Positions 24,001-36,525 of a DNA stretch of 64,000 bases are shown piece by piece. Origin of the DNA: Octopus bimaculoides (Eukaryota); the NCBI RefSeq assembly GCF_001194135.2, contig NC_068988.1:15000369-15064368 (forward strand), in the 5' to 3' direction. The position numbers and the translations under genes were made by a program. A model generated the notes under the pieces. It worked only from the letters and a program-made list of their open reading frames with translations, had not been told where the DNA came from and made no database searches. Each line of letters begins with the position of its first letter. Within the stretch, counting starts at the first letter, position 1.

Positions 24001-27000
24001 TCACTGCTACTCCAGCCATTGAAAAACCTCTCACTACAGCTCAATGTTATTCATTCATTTTCCCTCACCTACATTAAATGTTTTGGACTGCCACTCATCC
24101 CCTCTCCTGTCATGGCTGTCTTTCTCAACCAGTTTGGCTGCAAACAAAAATACATTACTTATTATACATTATTATTTCTTACTTAGGCACAAATTTATAG
24201 ACTACTGTCTATAAATGAGATTTTATAGCATCAGTGATGTTTTTATTATACGTGGAGTTGGCTTCAACTCGATGCAAAAACAGGTTAAGTTGCCAACAAC
24301 AATAAAATCCATATAATTTGTATTTTTTCTCAAGAATAATGTTAATGTTTCATACACATTGTTAATACAAACATATATATGCTTAACTAACTAGACTTTA
24401 TATAACTGTGTCTATTATACCTGCATGCATATGTCCAGAGAGAGAGAGAGAGAGAGAGAGAAACTAATTAGGCATAATATAAATGTGTCTATTATACATC
24501 TGTGTGTGTAGAGAGAGAAAGAGAGAGATTCACTAGACATCATATAAATATGTACAGGCATCTTCAAAAATTTTGTGACACTTGCAAGTTTGGTAGTGAT
24601 TATACCTTGCCACTCTTGTCCAATCAGCTCCTGATTTTGTCCATCCATTGCACTATTTGCTTGCCTCTTGATCTACTAACCCCTACTCTTTTTTTTTTCC
24701 ATGAAAATGTTTTCCAGACCTCTGCTTCTTTGAATATGGCCATAATAGATGAGCTTTTGTTTTTACACAATGTTTAAGAGTTGTCTTTCACCTACATGTT
24801 GTAAATCCGCCCCCCCCCACTTCCATTCATTTGTCCAATGGTCTTTGCAAGAGACTTGTAACATTCTCCTATACACCCACATTTCAAACACATTGTCTTC
24901 TCTTCAAATTTGTCAGAGTTCATGCTTTGTGACCATAAATATCCTATTGGCCAAATGAACACTTGCACTAACCTTGTTTTTAACTCATTTGGGACACTTT
25001 TGCTGCTCCAGATGCTAGTCAAGACTAGCCATGACCTAATCCCTTTCTTAAATAATTAATTTTTTTTAATTGCTTATTTCTGAGAATGAAACTTTTTGCC
25101 TGAAAAATATAAAGGCTATTAAACTCTTTTCTTTTTGCATTGTAAGAAGCTCTTTATCTTCCTCCTCCTCCTCCTCCTCATCATCATCACTTAAAGCCTG
25201 TTTTCTATGCTGTCATAGGTTGGATGACTTGACAGCAACTGGCAAGGTCAAGGGTCACACCAGGTTCCATAGTCTGCTTTGGCTTGGCTTCTAGATAGAC
25301 CCCCTTCCTTATGCCAACCACTTCACAGAGTATATTGTGTGCTTTTTATGTAGCACTTTGGTTTTAGGATATCAATTCTTTTGTGGTGGGTGGCTCCTCT
25401 TGAGTAAGGGCAGTCCATCTTCACTATTTTATTATTTTCATTGTGGATTAAATCACTCTCTCATAGACACAATTTGTTAATTTGCTTTTTAAATTTTTTT
25501 TTTTTTTTTTTGCAGAACTAAGCGACATGTAGAAAGTCCTCAATCCGATAAACTCATTCCAGATTCCTTTATACGTGAAGATCTGTTACGTTTTTGTGAA
25601 TCTTTATACAGATATGAAACAGCTAAAGAGACAACATTTAGAAATGGTGAAGATTTTTGTAAAACCACAAGCTTTCTAAGCAGAAATCCATTCTCAACAA
25701 ATGCAGATATTCATTTGGATAGCTTAGCACTCAGCCATGAAATTCTAGGCTTTACCCTTGAGAGAAAATCCAGTAGTTTATCTGAAGCTGGTGGTGGCAT
25801 ATTTGTCACAAAAGGTTCAATACCAGCCAACACGTTTGTTTGTCTTTATCCTGGTAAGTTTAATTAAAACTGTTGTGTCTGGGGAGAGTCATTTTCTTAT
25901 TGTGCCTTAAAATTTAACACACTCACTGGTAAAATTTCCACTTATTTTTCTTTTTATTTTTCTAAAATTTTCATTGCGTCTTGCAACCTTATCAATCTTA
26001 CCGGTGAGTGTGTTAAATTTTAAGGCACAATAAGAAAATGACTCTCCCCAGACACAACAGAATATGCTTCAACACATGAAATCACATAAAAAAATCTTGA
26101 AAACCAAATCCAAAAACGAAATTTAATTAAAACATTTTAGAAAAATCATCATCATCGTCGTCTTAATGTCCTCTTTTCCATGCTTGCATGGATCAAAGAG
26201 AATTTGTTGTGACAGATTTTCTACAGCTAGAAGTTCTTCCTGTCACCAGCTCCCACCTGTTTCCAAATAAGGTAATATTTTCTCATAGCTAAACCTCCTT
26301 TTCATGGATGACTGCAATGGGATTGAACCCAGAACCATGTGGTTGGGAAGCAAGTTTGTTACCACACAGCCACGCCTGCACCTATTTTCTCAGGATAAAT
26401 ACCACAGGAACTGACCTATCAACAGTGTACAAATATTAAGTATCATGCATAGATGGCTGTTTAACTTCAATACTACCTCAGTTATGTTTGCCAAATTTTT
26501 ACTGAATCTTAATTTATTTTAAACACAGGCACAATTTATAGAGTTCACGATCCACTCTTCTTTCAAAGTCTTAAAAACCAATTCATTTTCCGCTGCGCTG
26601 ACCAAATACACATTGATGGTAATGACAGAGGATTATCAAAACTAATATTCAAGTAAGTGTTGTCTACAGCCCTTACTTGTTTACTGGACATTTCATTTCT
26701 TATCAGGATTGTTATGTTATAAAAACAGTTAAGCTATACATGTGTATCATTATTTTTCTTATAATTTTATATCACTGTATGCTTTAACCCTTTCACTACC
26801 AACCTTTCTGACACCTGATGAAGGCTGGAGGGTATATCAGCCGAAACGTTGTGCTAACAACAAACAAGATGGGGACAGATATCCGTCGAATGTAAATAAT
26901 GATCATCATCATAGTTGTATAAAATAAAAACATACCGAATATGACAGAAGTGTGACTGTGTGGTTAAAAAGTTTGTTTTGAAGCCCAGTGGTTTAGAGTT

Positions 27001-29903
27001 CACTCCCAGCTGATGTCATCTACTATGTCTACTTTCTAATCAAAGCCTTGTGACGAGAAGTGTAAGAATCTCATGGGTGTATGTGTCTCCTCTTTGTCTT
27101 GAGATTTGAATGCTGATTGAAAACTAAGTCACTGTTCACACAAACAGTGCCAGTTTAGTCTTCCACAAAAATATGTCTGGCCATTGAGCTGGTCATTGTT
27201 TAAAGGACTTAGGGAAATATTACCTTAGTCAGGAAACAGGTAAGAGTTGATGACAGGAATAGCATCCAGCAGTAAAAAATCTGTTTCAACAAATGTCTAA
27301 CCCATATCAGCTTGGAAAACAAATGAATGTTAAAACAACTACGATTTGAAGAACAAATTAGACTCTAGGAGTATGGGAAAATAAAATCATTAACTGATGT
27401 GGATAGAGATGGAGATTGTCTTGTTAGTTAATAATTAAAATTGCTAATGAACTAATTTCATTGGTTTGTTGTAGGTCTTGCACTCACCGTGATCGTCGGT
27501 TTCCTTACTGGACAGCAGATGCAACCTGGATGTCAACATGGCCAGTAAATCCACTAGCCGTTGGTCAATATGTGAATAACCAAACTCCAGGTAAATACTG
27601 TCAGCTAACCTTTTATTTATTTATTTATTGTTTCAATCATTGAAGTGCAGCCACACTGGAGTAAAGTATTAAGGTGTTTTTGTTAATAATATCACACACA
27701 GCTCCCCACCATTTATTTTTAAGTTGATTATCTTACTGATCTCTATTTTAAGTTATGAAGAATTGAAATAGAACGCTGTTTTTCAAGAGGTGTCAATGTA
27801 AAGAAAAACATGGAGACTAACACATATATATTCCCATTCCTTTTTTGTCCACGTTTTTTGATGTCCTGTATACGGATATGCATCTATATATACATGTAGA
27901 TGTAGGTATGTACATATATGTATGTATATATGCATATGCTCATATACCATTTGTATTATATATACACACACATACATATCCATTTAGCATCCATATTTTA
28001 TCCTGGCATGAGTTTGAAGGCACTTCACAGGATCTGACAGATTTGAGGACTGTTGGGTTCCCATGTCTGCTCTGGTGTAATGTACACACACATCCACACA
28101 AGCTTATTTCAGTTTCCATCTTCCAAATCCACTCACAAGACTTTGGTCGGTTCGAGGCTATAGTAGAAGACATGTGCCCAAGGTGCCATGCAGTGGGACT
28201 GAACCCAGAACCATGTGGTTGGGAAGCAAGCTTCTTATCGCACTCAAAGCCAGGACCCTTTCAGTATCCCTCATGTTATTGATAGTTTTTTTGGTTTATT
28301 TTACTATTGCGTGGTAAGAAGCTTGCTTCCCAACCACATGGTTCCAGGTTCAGTTCCACTGCATGGTACCTTGGGCAAGTGTCTTCTACTATAGCCTCGG
28401 GCCAACCAAAGCCTTGTGAGTGGATTTGGTAGACGAAATCTTAAAGTCCGTCGTATGTATATATTTTGTGTGTGCCTGTGCTTGTCCCCCAACCATCACT
28501 TGACAACCGATGGTGGTGTGTTTACATCCCCATAACTTAGCAGTCGATTTGTTTGATAAAGGCAGTGCTCCAGCATGGCTGCTGTCAAATAACTGAAACA
28601 AGTAAAAGAATTAAAGAATATTGATAGAAAGGCAGCAAGCTGGCAGAATCATTAACGCACCAAACAAAATGTTTAGCAGCATTTCTTCCGGCTTTTTAAA
28701 GTTCTGAATGCAAATTGCACTCAGATTGTCTTTGTGTTTCATCCTTCCAGGGGTCAATAAAATAAAGTACCAGGTGAGGCACTGCAATTGATATAATCAA
28801 AAAAATTACTGGTGTTCTGCCAAAATTTGAAATCATTATTGATAGTTAATGTTCAATCTGCATTGCTAAATTCTTCAATAACACTAATGTTTTACATACA
28901 AGGAGTTGCTGAAAAGTTCTTGACTTTAAGAGTGTCACAAAAAGGTATGGTTGGAGGCCCAACCTTCCGAGTTCTTTTACAGGGATTAGAAAAACTTAAG
29001 GACCGCTGCAATAAGTGCGTGAAACTGGGTAGGGAATATGTTGAATAAAATCATAATTGACTGATCCTCCTGTATTTTCTTTTACCTTAAACCAGGAACT
29101 TTTCAGCACTCCCTCATATATACGGTGTCTTTGTGTACAAAAATAATTCTTCTCTTTTTATTCCAGAATTTCCAGCCAATGTAGCTTATCAAGAATTTGA
29201 CATCTCATCAGATTTTCCAATACATCTCAGTAGATATCTTCCTTATGTAGAATACAGTGGAGGCCTTAATTTATATAATTCAGTCAACAGGTATGTATAG
29301 TTTTATTTTTCTATTCAGTTGCTGAGAAACATCAACTTGTATATACAAGGTTGGCCAAAAGTCACCTGACAGTAAATTAAAACCCTTGCCACTGTCTGAT
29401 GATCAGTGCTGGTGTGTTTATATCCCCATAACTTAGTGGTTAGGTAAGGGAGACCAACAGAATAAATACCAGGCTTTAAGGAAAAAAGTACAGTGGTCGA
29501 TTCATTTGACTAAAATCCTTCAAGGTGGTGCTCCAGCATGGCCACAAGTAACTGAAACCAGTAAAAGTGATATATTACACATCTACACCAGTTGGTTGTC
29601 TCAGTAAACATTCAAATAGTTTGAAAATTATTAACATGTAAATAAATAAATAGAACAAAAAAAAGAAGGCTTTTTTATTATTTTATGTTTTGAAACAGAA
29701 TTAAAAATTTGACTCTCATGGAGGTTTGTTCATTTATTTTAAAAATTTGTTCAGAAAAACTGGTCTCCTTATTAAGGATGTCTTTTATTTATTTTTTGTG
29801 CAGGTTATTAAGAGGTGTGGCACTTGTTTCACTCCGCTCGATCCATGCAGGAGAAGAATTGTTTTCAACATACTTTACAGTTATAGAAGCCCCCCAACAG
29901 TAA
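21014..29903 (+). CDS. SETD9: SET domain-containing protein 9, 295 aa. join(21014-21099,25516-25853,26529-26652,27475-27590,29167-29290,29804-29903)
   Basis: 888 nt in frame, GT-AG. Motifs RWRQYRHRFTPWLAFN, AGGGIFVTKG, LYPGTIY, IDGNDRGLSK, NPLAVGQYVNN, ANVAYQEFD, GEELFSTYFT match SETD9. Confidence 0.95.
22503..22524 (+). repeat. Interstitial (TTAGGG)3TTAG tract
   Basis: Directly visible; probably internal to a Helitron/Helentron-like non-autonomous element. Confidence 0.8.
23440..23795 (-). mobile_element. SINE family B (tRNA-derived)
   Basis: Near-identical to 33722-34091 and 42267-42633. Confidence 0.85.
25516..25853 (+). CDS. SETD9: SETD9 exon 2
   Basis: TKRHVESPQSDKLIPD...GFTLERKSSSLSEAGGGIFVTKGSIPANTFVCLYP. 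Confidence 0.93.
25870..26060. repeat. 63-bp inverted repeat, 1 mismatch
   Basis: 25870-25932 vs 25998-26060; 65-nt spacer. Confidence 0.92.
26529..26652 (+). CDS. SETD9: SETD9 exon 3
   Basis: TIYRVHDPLFFQSLKNQFIFRCADQIHIDGNDRGLSKLIF. Confidence 0.93.
26810..26855 (+). ncRNA. Minimal type I hammerhead ribozyme motif, intact core (5'-truncated element copy to ~26900), SETD9 intron 3
   Basis: GACAC-CUGAUGA-A-GGCUG[GAGGGUAUAU]CAGCC-GAAA-CGUU-GUGCU. Confidence 0.7.
27475..27590 (+). CDS. SETD9: SETD9 exon 4
   Basis: SCTHRDRRFPYWTADATWMSTWPVNPLAVGQYVNNQTP. Confidence 0.94.
28308..28620 (+). mobile_element. SINE family A with internal deletion
   Basis: Head, body and tail match family A. Confidence 0.75.
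28897..29118 (+). mobile_element. Mariner-derived MITE
   Basis: TA-flanked TIRs (GCTGAAAAGTTC(C/T)TG); interior GLEKLKDRCNKCVKLGREYVE* is a transposase C-terminus. Related: 18130-18330, 49498-50205 (split). Confidence 0.8.
29167..29290 (+). CDS. SETD9: SETD9 exon 5
   Basis: FPANVAYQEFDISSDFPIHLSRYLPYVEYSGGLNLYNSVN. Confidence 0.93.
29804..29903 (+). CDS. SETD9: SETD9 exon 6 (last coding exon)
   Basis: LLRGVALVSLRSIHAGEELFSTYFTVIEAPQQ*. Confidence 0.93.
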
Positions 29904-30922
29904 TTGTGTACCTTTGAACTGCTTGTTATCAAAAGGAAAACTAATTTAAGTAATTAAGATGGTGAAAGAGATCTTTAAAGAAGTTTTTTATCAGTAAAAG
30001 TTGTTTTGCCTCTTTTTTTTAATTTGGTGATCAAGTCTTAATAATTGATTTAACTGTAATAACTAGGAGGACATGATGTTTTTCTTTCTTCCCATGCAAT
30101 CATTCAATAACTTTAATGCTTCAGTATTCAAACTGGCCATATCTGGTCCAAATATCCTACTTCTTTTATGTTCAGACTAATCAGATCCAGCCTCTCTCAC
30201 CTACCCTACAATGTCTTTCTTAAAACAAACATTCACATCATTGAAATCTCAAAGCTATGAGATAATCCATAATTAATTCAAAATGAATGTGAATAAATAA
30301 GCTTTATATTTGACAGAGTAATCTGAATACAAAAGGGTTAAATATTTAATTTAATCCTCTTAATCAGAATGAAGCTAATGACGTTTCTTAATTGAGATCC
30401 AAGTACAACATAAATAATTTTTCATCAGTGATATGTCTTTTGAAATATTTACAAACTTCTTGCAGTTCTATTTGTTAAATTAACTACATAAGACATCTTG
30501 ATCAAGAGATTAGTTTAACAAATATAAAACTTTGTTTTACTACACATCAAAATATAATGTTTAAATTGACAAATGTTTTGTATTTTTCCTTTCCACCCAG
30601 TTAGCTTATGTATAAGTATCTGATCATTGTGACCCAAAATTCAAATAAATATATCCATATCCATATAAAAAAAAACCCCAGTTTGGTTAGTACTGTACCC
30701 AAAATATGCTAAATGTTACTGATTATGACTCCCAGTGATAAAACAAAAAAAGTAAAGGTGATATTAATTAAAGAATTATGAAAAAATGTAAATAAAACCA
30801 AATTCTTATTTACAGTGATGTTTCAAATGGGAGTGTATACAAAAACAATGCACAATTTCTAGAGTGATTCCTCAGGCTGTGCAGAACATTTCTAGAATCT
30901 TGCTTCTTCAAAATGTCCATGC

Positions 30923-30987
30923 CTAAAGTTCTTCACCTTGAGCTTTGTTTTTGATGGCCTTCAGAACATTTTTCATACTTGTTAGTA
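30923..30987 (-). CDS. TXNDC12: TXNDC12 exon 7 (last coding exon)
   Basis: LTSMKNVLKAIKNKAQGEEL*. Confidence 0.88.
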
Positions 30988-33229
30988 CTAAAACGGAAAA
31001 TGAACACATTTTAAAAATTTACATGAAACACATTTTGAAATATATTTTACAATTAATTATTAATGCAAGATATACTGAAGGTATAACTAGGTGAAGTTTT
31101 CATTACTCTCCTACACACTCTCGTTATTTTTTAAAATCAGCCAACAAAAGTATTTGAAATAGTAGTCAAATCTCCCATACTATATGATGCTATTTTTAAG
31201 AAAAGAATGGAATAGTCATATTTGGAATTCCTTTGACTTTCAAAGACTGACCTGGGGCTAAACAGTAATAGCCGTTACAAATACATGTCACTTGTATCAA
31301 TGAAGGGTAGCAGGTAACAAAATTGGATATCTGGAGTAATGTTACTTGATGCATAACTAAAGCTCAGAGATCAGGTAATCTCTCCAGATTGAACCACTAC
31401 TTCTCATTGAGCAGTCACAGCTCCAGTGTTACAGACATGTAGTTAGAAAGCTGCAGGAAAGAATTAAAAGACAGATTCTTCAAGCCAAGTGAACCAGCTG
31501 GAGACCTAGAGGTAGGCCACAAGTGAGAATGGCTGAATAATATCCATAGTCTCAGATGGTCATGTTTGGGAATCCAGAAAAAGTCCAATGATTGTTGCTT
31601 CTGACAGTAAGAGCCTTATGGAGGTGCCTTGAGACCATCCCAGAAATAGCAGGTAGCAAGGACTAATAAAGAATTTATTAAATTAACCCTCTTGGGACAC
31701 TCAGGATCAATTGATCAGCCCAAGTGATACAAGCTGCTAAGACTTTGAGGCTGATCTATCGGCCTGATGAGACAAACGTTTTGAAGTGTAATAGCCAATC
31801 AGAGATCGTCTTTCAGTAGATATAATATAAAACTATATAATACCTAAATTTTTACATACTAATAAAGTAGTTTTAAGCACTTTATCCTTTGTTTTCTACA
31901 TGCACCTGTCAATTTCAATCTCAACAGGAAAAACATTTTGGTATTTTTGGCTACACATAGCAAAATGCTGTCTCAAAAAGGTTAAGTTCATGTTTAGAAT
32001 ATAATAGGAAATTTTAATGCAAGGTACTCATTCATATCTCTTAAAAACAAGTAGTTTGTATTATAGAGCCAAGTGCAGTCTCAGACAAGTTGGTGTCAAA
32101 AGGGTTAAATGCACATGACTATACAACATCACCTAATTATTAATAATAGTTACAATCATCATATATGGAACAGATCACTAAATTAGGGATTTCTTTCATT
32201 CAGTCTGTTTTATCATTCCCTTGTTACAGGTTCTTCAAAAACTGAAATGGCAAAGCAAATAAAAGTTATTTCTTGCCCTGCTCTACCTCAATTGTTTTGT
32301 TCTCTTTGAGTAAGGAAGATAACTCTTCTTGCTTCTTACATTTTCAGTTAAGCCTTTACTCCAGGTCTGTAGAATACCACGATCTAATCAAACATTTATT
32401 ACAAGCTCAAAAGTCTAGCAACCTCAATTCACCACGCTTCATTCAGGCCTGAGATCATGAAACATGTTAATCTGAAGTATTTGGAATATAATTTATATGG
32501 CTGGAAGATAAGTAATAAATCTTTCTAGAATATTGTATGTGATAGACTGGCATTATATCTATAAGGAGATATAAATCTACTTACTGCTATAGAGGAATGG
32601 TTTCCCATACATTATCATGAGATATACTTAGACACATCATCAGTGAGTTTTCTTGGGATCATTATGTGTTTCAAGTTTTTCAACATCAGACACCCTAATC
32701 CATGTAAGCTAGCTCCAGACAGCACTTCTAGTAGCATTGATCCTTTCAGGGTTCATACCTTGTGGAGCACAGACCTTGAAGCAACCTCTACTACCTCCAC
32801 AGTCAACTTGATAGCTTTCAACCTACCGGCCCCTTCGATGCCCTGCATGTTATAAACTCTGCAAAAGGATTTGCCTGCAAGCTCTTTGAATCCCACATGG
32901 ATAGGATTACCCCTTGCTTGTCAACCATTGCTTTGGCATAGCTCCACTAGCTCAGCATATTTCTTCCTCTTATTATCATTAAAACGATCTTGCAAAAATA
33001 ATAATAATCCTCTCCACTATAGGCACAAGGCCTGAAATTTGGGGGAGGGGGAGGGTCAATTACCTCAACTCCAATGCTCCACTGGTATCAATATTTATTT
33101 TTATCAAACCCAAAAGGATGAAGGGCAAAGTCAACCTCGGCAGAATTTGAACTCAGAACACGAAGACAGACAAAATGCCGCAATGCATTTTGCCCAGCAT
33201 GCTTATGATTCTGCCAACTCAACACCTTT

Positions 33230-33265
<36 letters not shown>

Positions 33266-36200
33266 TTCACTTTAACAAGAGATTCAGATTTCAAAACTTT
33301 CAACCTCCATTTAAAAAAAGAAAACCAGATGTAAAAAAAAAAAAAAATCAAAAATATTCAGAAAGGAAACAAACAAAAAGAAATTACTCTCACCTTGTGA
33401 TATTGCTGGATAATAATATTTATAGTTAGGATTTCCTTCTTCATTAAAGAAATCAAGCATTACATCACCATTACTATCTGAAAATAATTAAATTGAAATC
33501 TTTAAATGATTTACTGAGAATAATAAGTCTAAGAAATGCAGTAGTTTTTCTATGCTAGCAAGGGTTGGGCAAATACACTTTGAGAATTTGTTTTGACAAC
33601 AAGCAGTTTAATAAAAAAGGTTCATGAAATAAGAATTGGAGTCGGCTTGATCTGAATCCTTCAAAATGGTGCCCCAACATGGCTGCAGTCCAATGACTAA
33701 AGTAAAGAAATGTTGGCACTCCGTCGCTTACGACGTCGAAGGTTCCAGTTGATCCAATCAACGGAACAGCCTGCTCGTGAAATTAACATGCAAGTGGCTG
33801 AGCACTCCACAGACACGTGTACCCTTAGCGTAGTTCTCGGGGATATTCAGCGTGACACAGTGTGACAAGGCTGACCCTTTGAATTACAGGCACAACAGAA
33901 ACAGGAAGTAAGAGTGAGAGAAAGTTGTGGTGAAAGAGTACAGCAGGGTTCGCCACCATCCCCTGCCAGAGCCTTGTGGAACTTTATGGTGTTTTCGCTC
34001 AATAAACACTCACAACACCCAGTGTGGGAATCGAAACCGCGATCCTATGACCGCGCGTCCGCTGCCCTAACCACTGGGCCATTGCGCCTCCACCAATGTA
34101 AAGAAATACTAAAAAAGTTTACCACATTACATTTTATACAAAAGCAACATAATTTTCATTTAGCAATAATATTATATATCTTTGAACACCTTGTGGAATC
34201 AATAATTATTTAGAAATATAAGAAAACTTAAAGATGGGATCTTACCAAGAAATAATATCCTTGGTATATATCCTCCATCTGGTGAATATTTGGAGTCTTG
34301 ATCATCCTAGAATGGATTAACAAACATGAATTAGTTTCGACAGGGTTTTATGCAAGGATCCATTTTAACCCTTTAGCATTCAGATAATTCTGTCTAATGT
34401 AATGCTTATTTACCCACAGTGTTTTGAATCACACATACATTAGCTTTTTGTGCTGAGATTTCAATGATGCGCTTGTTTATTTTTAGTATGGTATTGTAGG
34501 GTAGGTGTGAGAGGCTGAATATGGCCAGTTTGAACATAAAACAGGTAGAATATTTGAGCCAGATACAGCAGGTTTAAATGCAAAAGGGTTAACCCTTTAG
34601 CATTTAGATTACTCTGTCAAATGTAATGTAATTCATATTGTTTTCAATTGATCATGCATTATCTTGTAGCTTTGAGATTTTGATGATGTGATTGTTAATT
34701 TTTAGAATGAAATTATAGGGTAGATGGCAGAAGCCAGATCTGGCCAGTTTGAACACAAAATAGGCAGAATATTTTGGCCAGATACGGCCAGTTTGAATGC
34801 TAAAGAGTTAAAGGTAAGATCATTTATACCAATTACATGGATGTCAACACAAAGAGGTCCAAGCATTCGACCACTAAAACACACACATGTACATACCTAT
34901 AAATACATATATGACAGGCTTCTTTCATTTACTATCTATCAAATCCAATCACAAGGCCTTGGTCAGCCCAGGGCTATATAGTAAAAGACACTTGCTCAAG
35001 TTTCCACACAGTGGAACTAAATCTGAAACCATGTAGTTTAGAAGCAAACTTCGTAGATACACAGCCACACTTGGCTTTAAAATGCTGTCTCACGTAAGTT
35101 CCCATCAGGTATGGCTGTGTGGTAAGAAGCTTGCTTCCCAACCACATGGTTCCAGATTCGTCCCACTGCATGGTACCTTGGGCAAGTGTCTTCAACTATA
35201 ACTTTAGGCCGACCAAAGCCTTGAGTGGATTTGGTAGACAGAAACTGAAAGAAGCCCGTTGTATGCATGTGTGTGTGTGTGTGTGCATGCCTTTGTGTCT
35301 GTGTTTGTCCCCCCACCCCACCAACACTTGACAACCAATATTGGTGTGTTTATGTCCCCGTAACCTGGCAGTTCAGCAAAAGAGACTGATAGAATAAGTA
35401 CTAGGCTTACAAAGAATAAGTCCTGGGGTCAATTTCTTTGACTAAAACTCCTTAAAGCAGTGCTCCAGCATGGCTGCAGTCAAATGACTGAAACAAGTAA
35501 AAGAATAAAAGAAATCCAACCCATACCAGCATGAAAAAAGGACATTAAACAAATGAAAAGATAGAGATGTGTCTCTTAACAACCCGAATCTTCTGAAAAC
35601 CGAAACAAGTTCCATCATACAGCAACACCTTCCAGCAATAATGGTCAAAACAAAATATAAGAAAAATAATACCAACGTACAGGAGAATTCACCATTATAA
35701 ATTCTTTACTAAGTTCACCAATTTCTTCAGAGTCAGCAAATTTTGGTTTCAAAGCTAAAACAAAACAAGAAAATAATTTTTAGCAATAATTAAATTTTGA
35801 AAGCCAAGTTTTCAATGGAACTAGCAAATTTCAAAAATTCCTCATAACTGATGAAAAGCCAACCAAAAGAACACAACCAGTCGTCCTAATACTCAGATGA
35901 GCGCTTACTGAGAAGACATACAGTCAGAAGTGTTCCAATTTCAGTTCAAATTCCACCCAGATCAACTGCCTTTCATCCTTTCAGGGTCAATGAAGTGAGT
36001 ACCAGTCAAGCACTGGAGTCAATGTAATCAACTGGCCCCTTCCCCCAAAATTTCAGGCCTTGTGCCTACAGCAGAAAGGATTATTAGGATTATGAGTTGC
36101 AGAATTAAAAACCATTAAATGAAGAAACCATTTGACGACCAAAGGTGTTTTTTTTTATATATATATTGGCCTGTGACAAATTGCAAACTAATATTCACCA

Positions 36201-36480
36201 ATTACCACCAAAAATTCATTCCCAAACAATTAGGCAAGTCTTGAAGTTTAAAATAAGTTTGTTTTCTGGCAAAACAAAAAAAGCAAGGGGTGTAAACAGT
36301 CACAACCAAAAAATACATGTAACAGGAGTGGCTGTGTGGTAAGTAGCTTGCTTACCAACCACATGGTTCCGGGTTCAGTCCCACTGTGTGGCACCTTGGG
36401 CAAGTGTCTTCTACTATAGCCTTGGGCTGACCAAAGCCTTGTAAGTGGATTTGGTAGACGGAAACTGAAAGAAGCCCGTC

Positions 36481-36525
<45 letters not shown>

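Noticed and set aside
31761-31780. CTGATGA-GAC-AAACGTT resembling a hammerhead core
   Set aside because: No stem II and no G12; cannot form the ribozyme.
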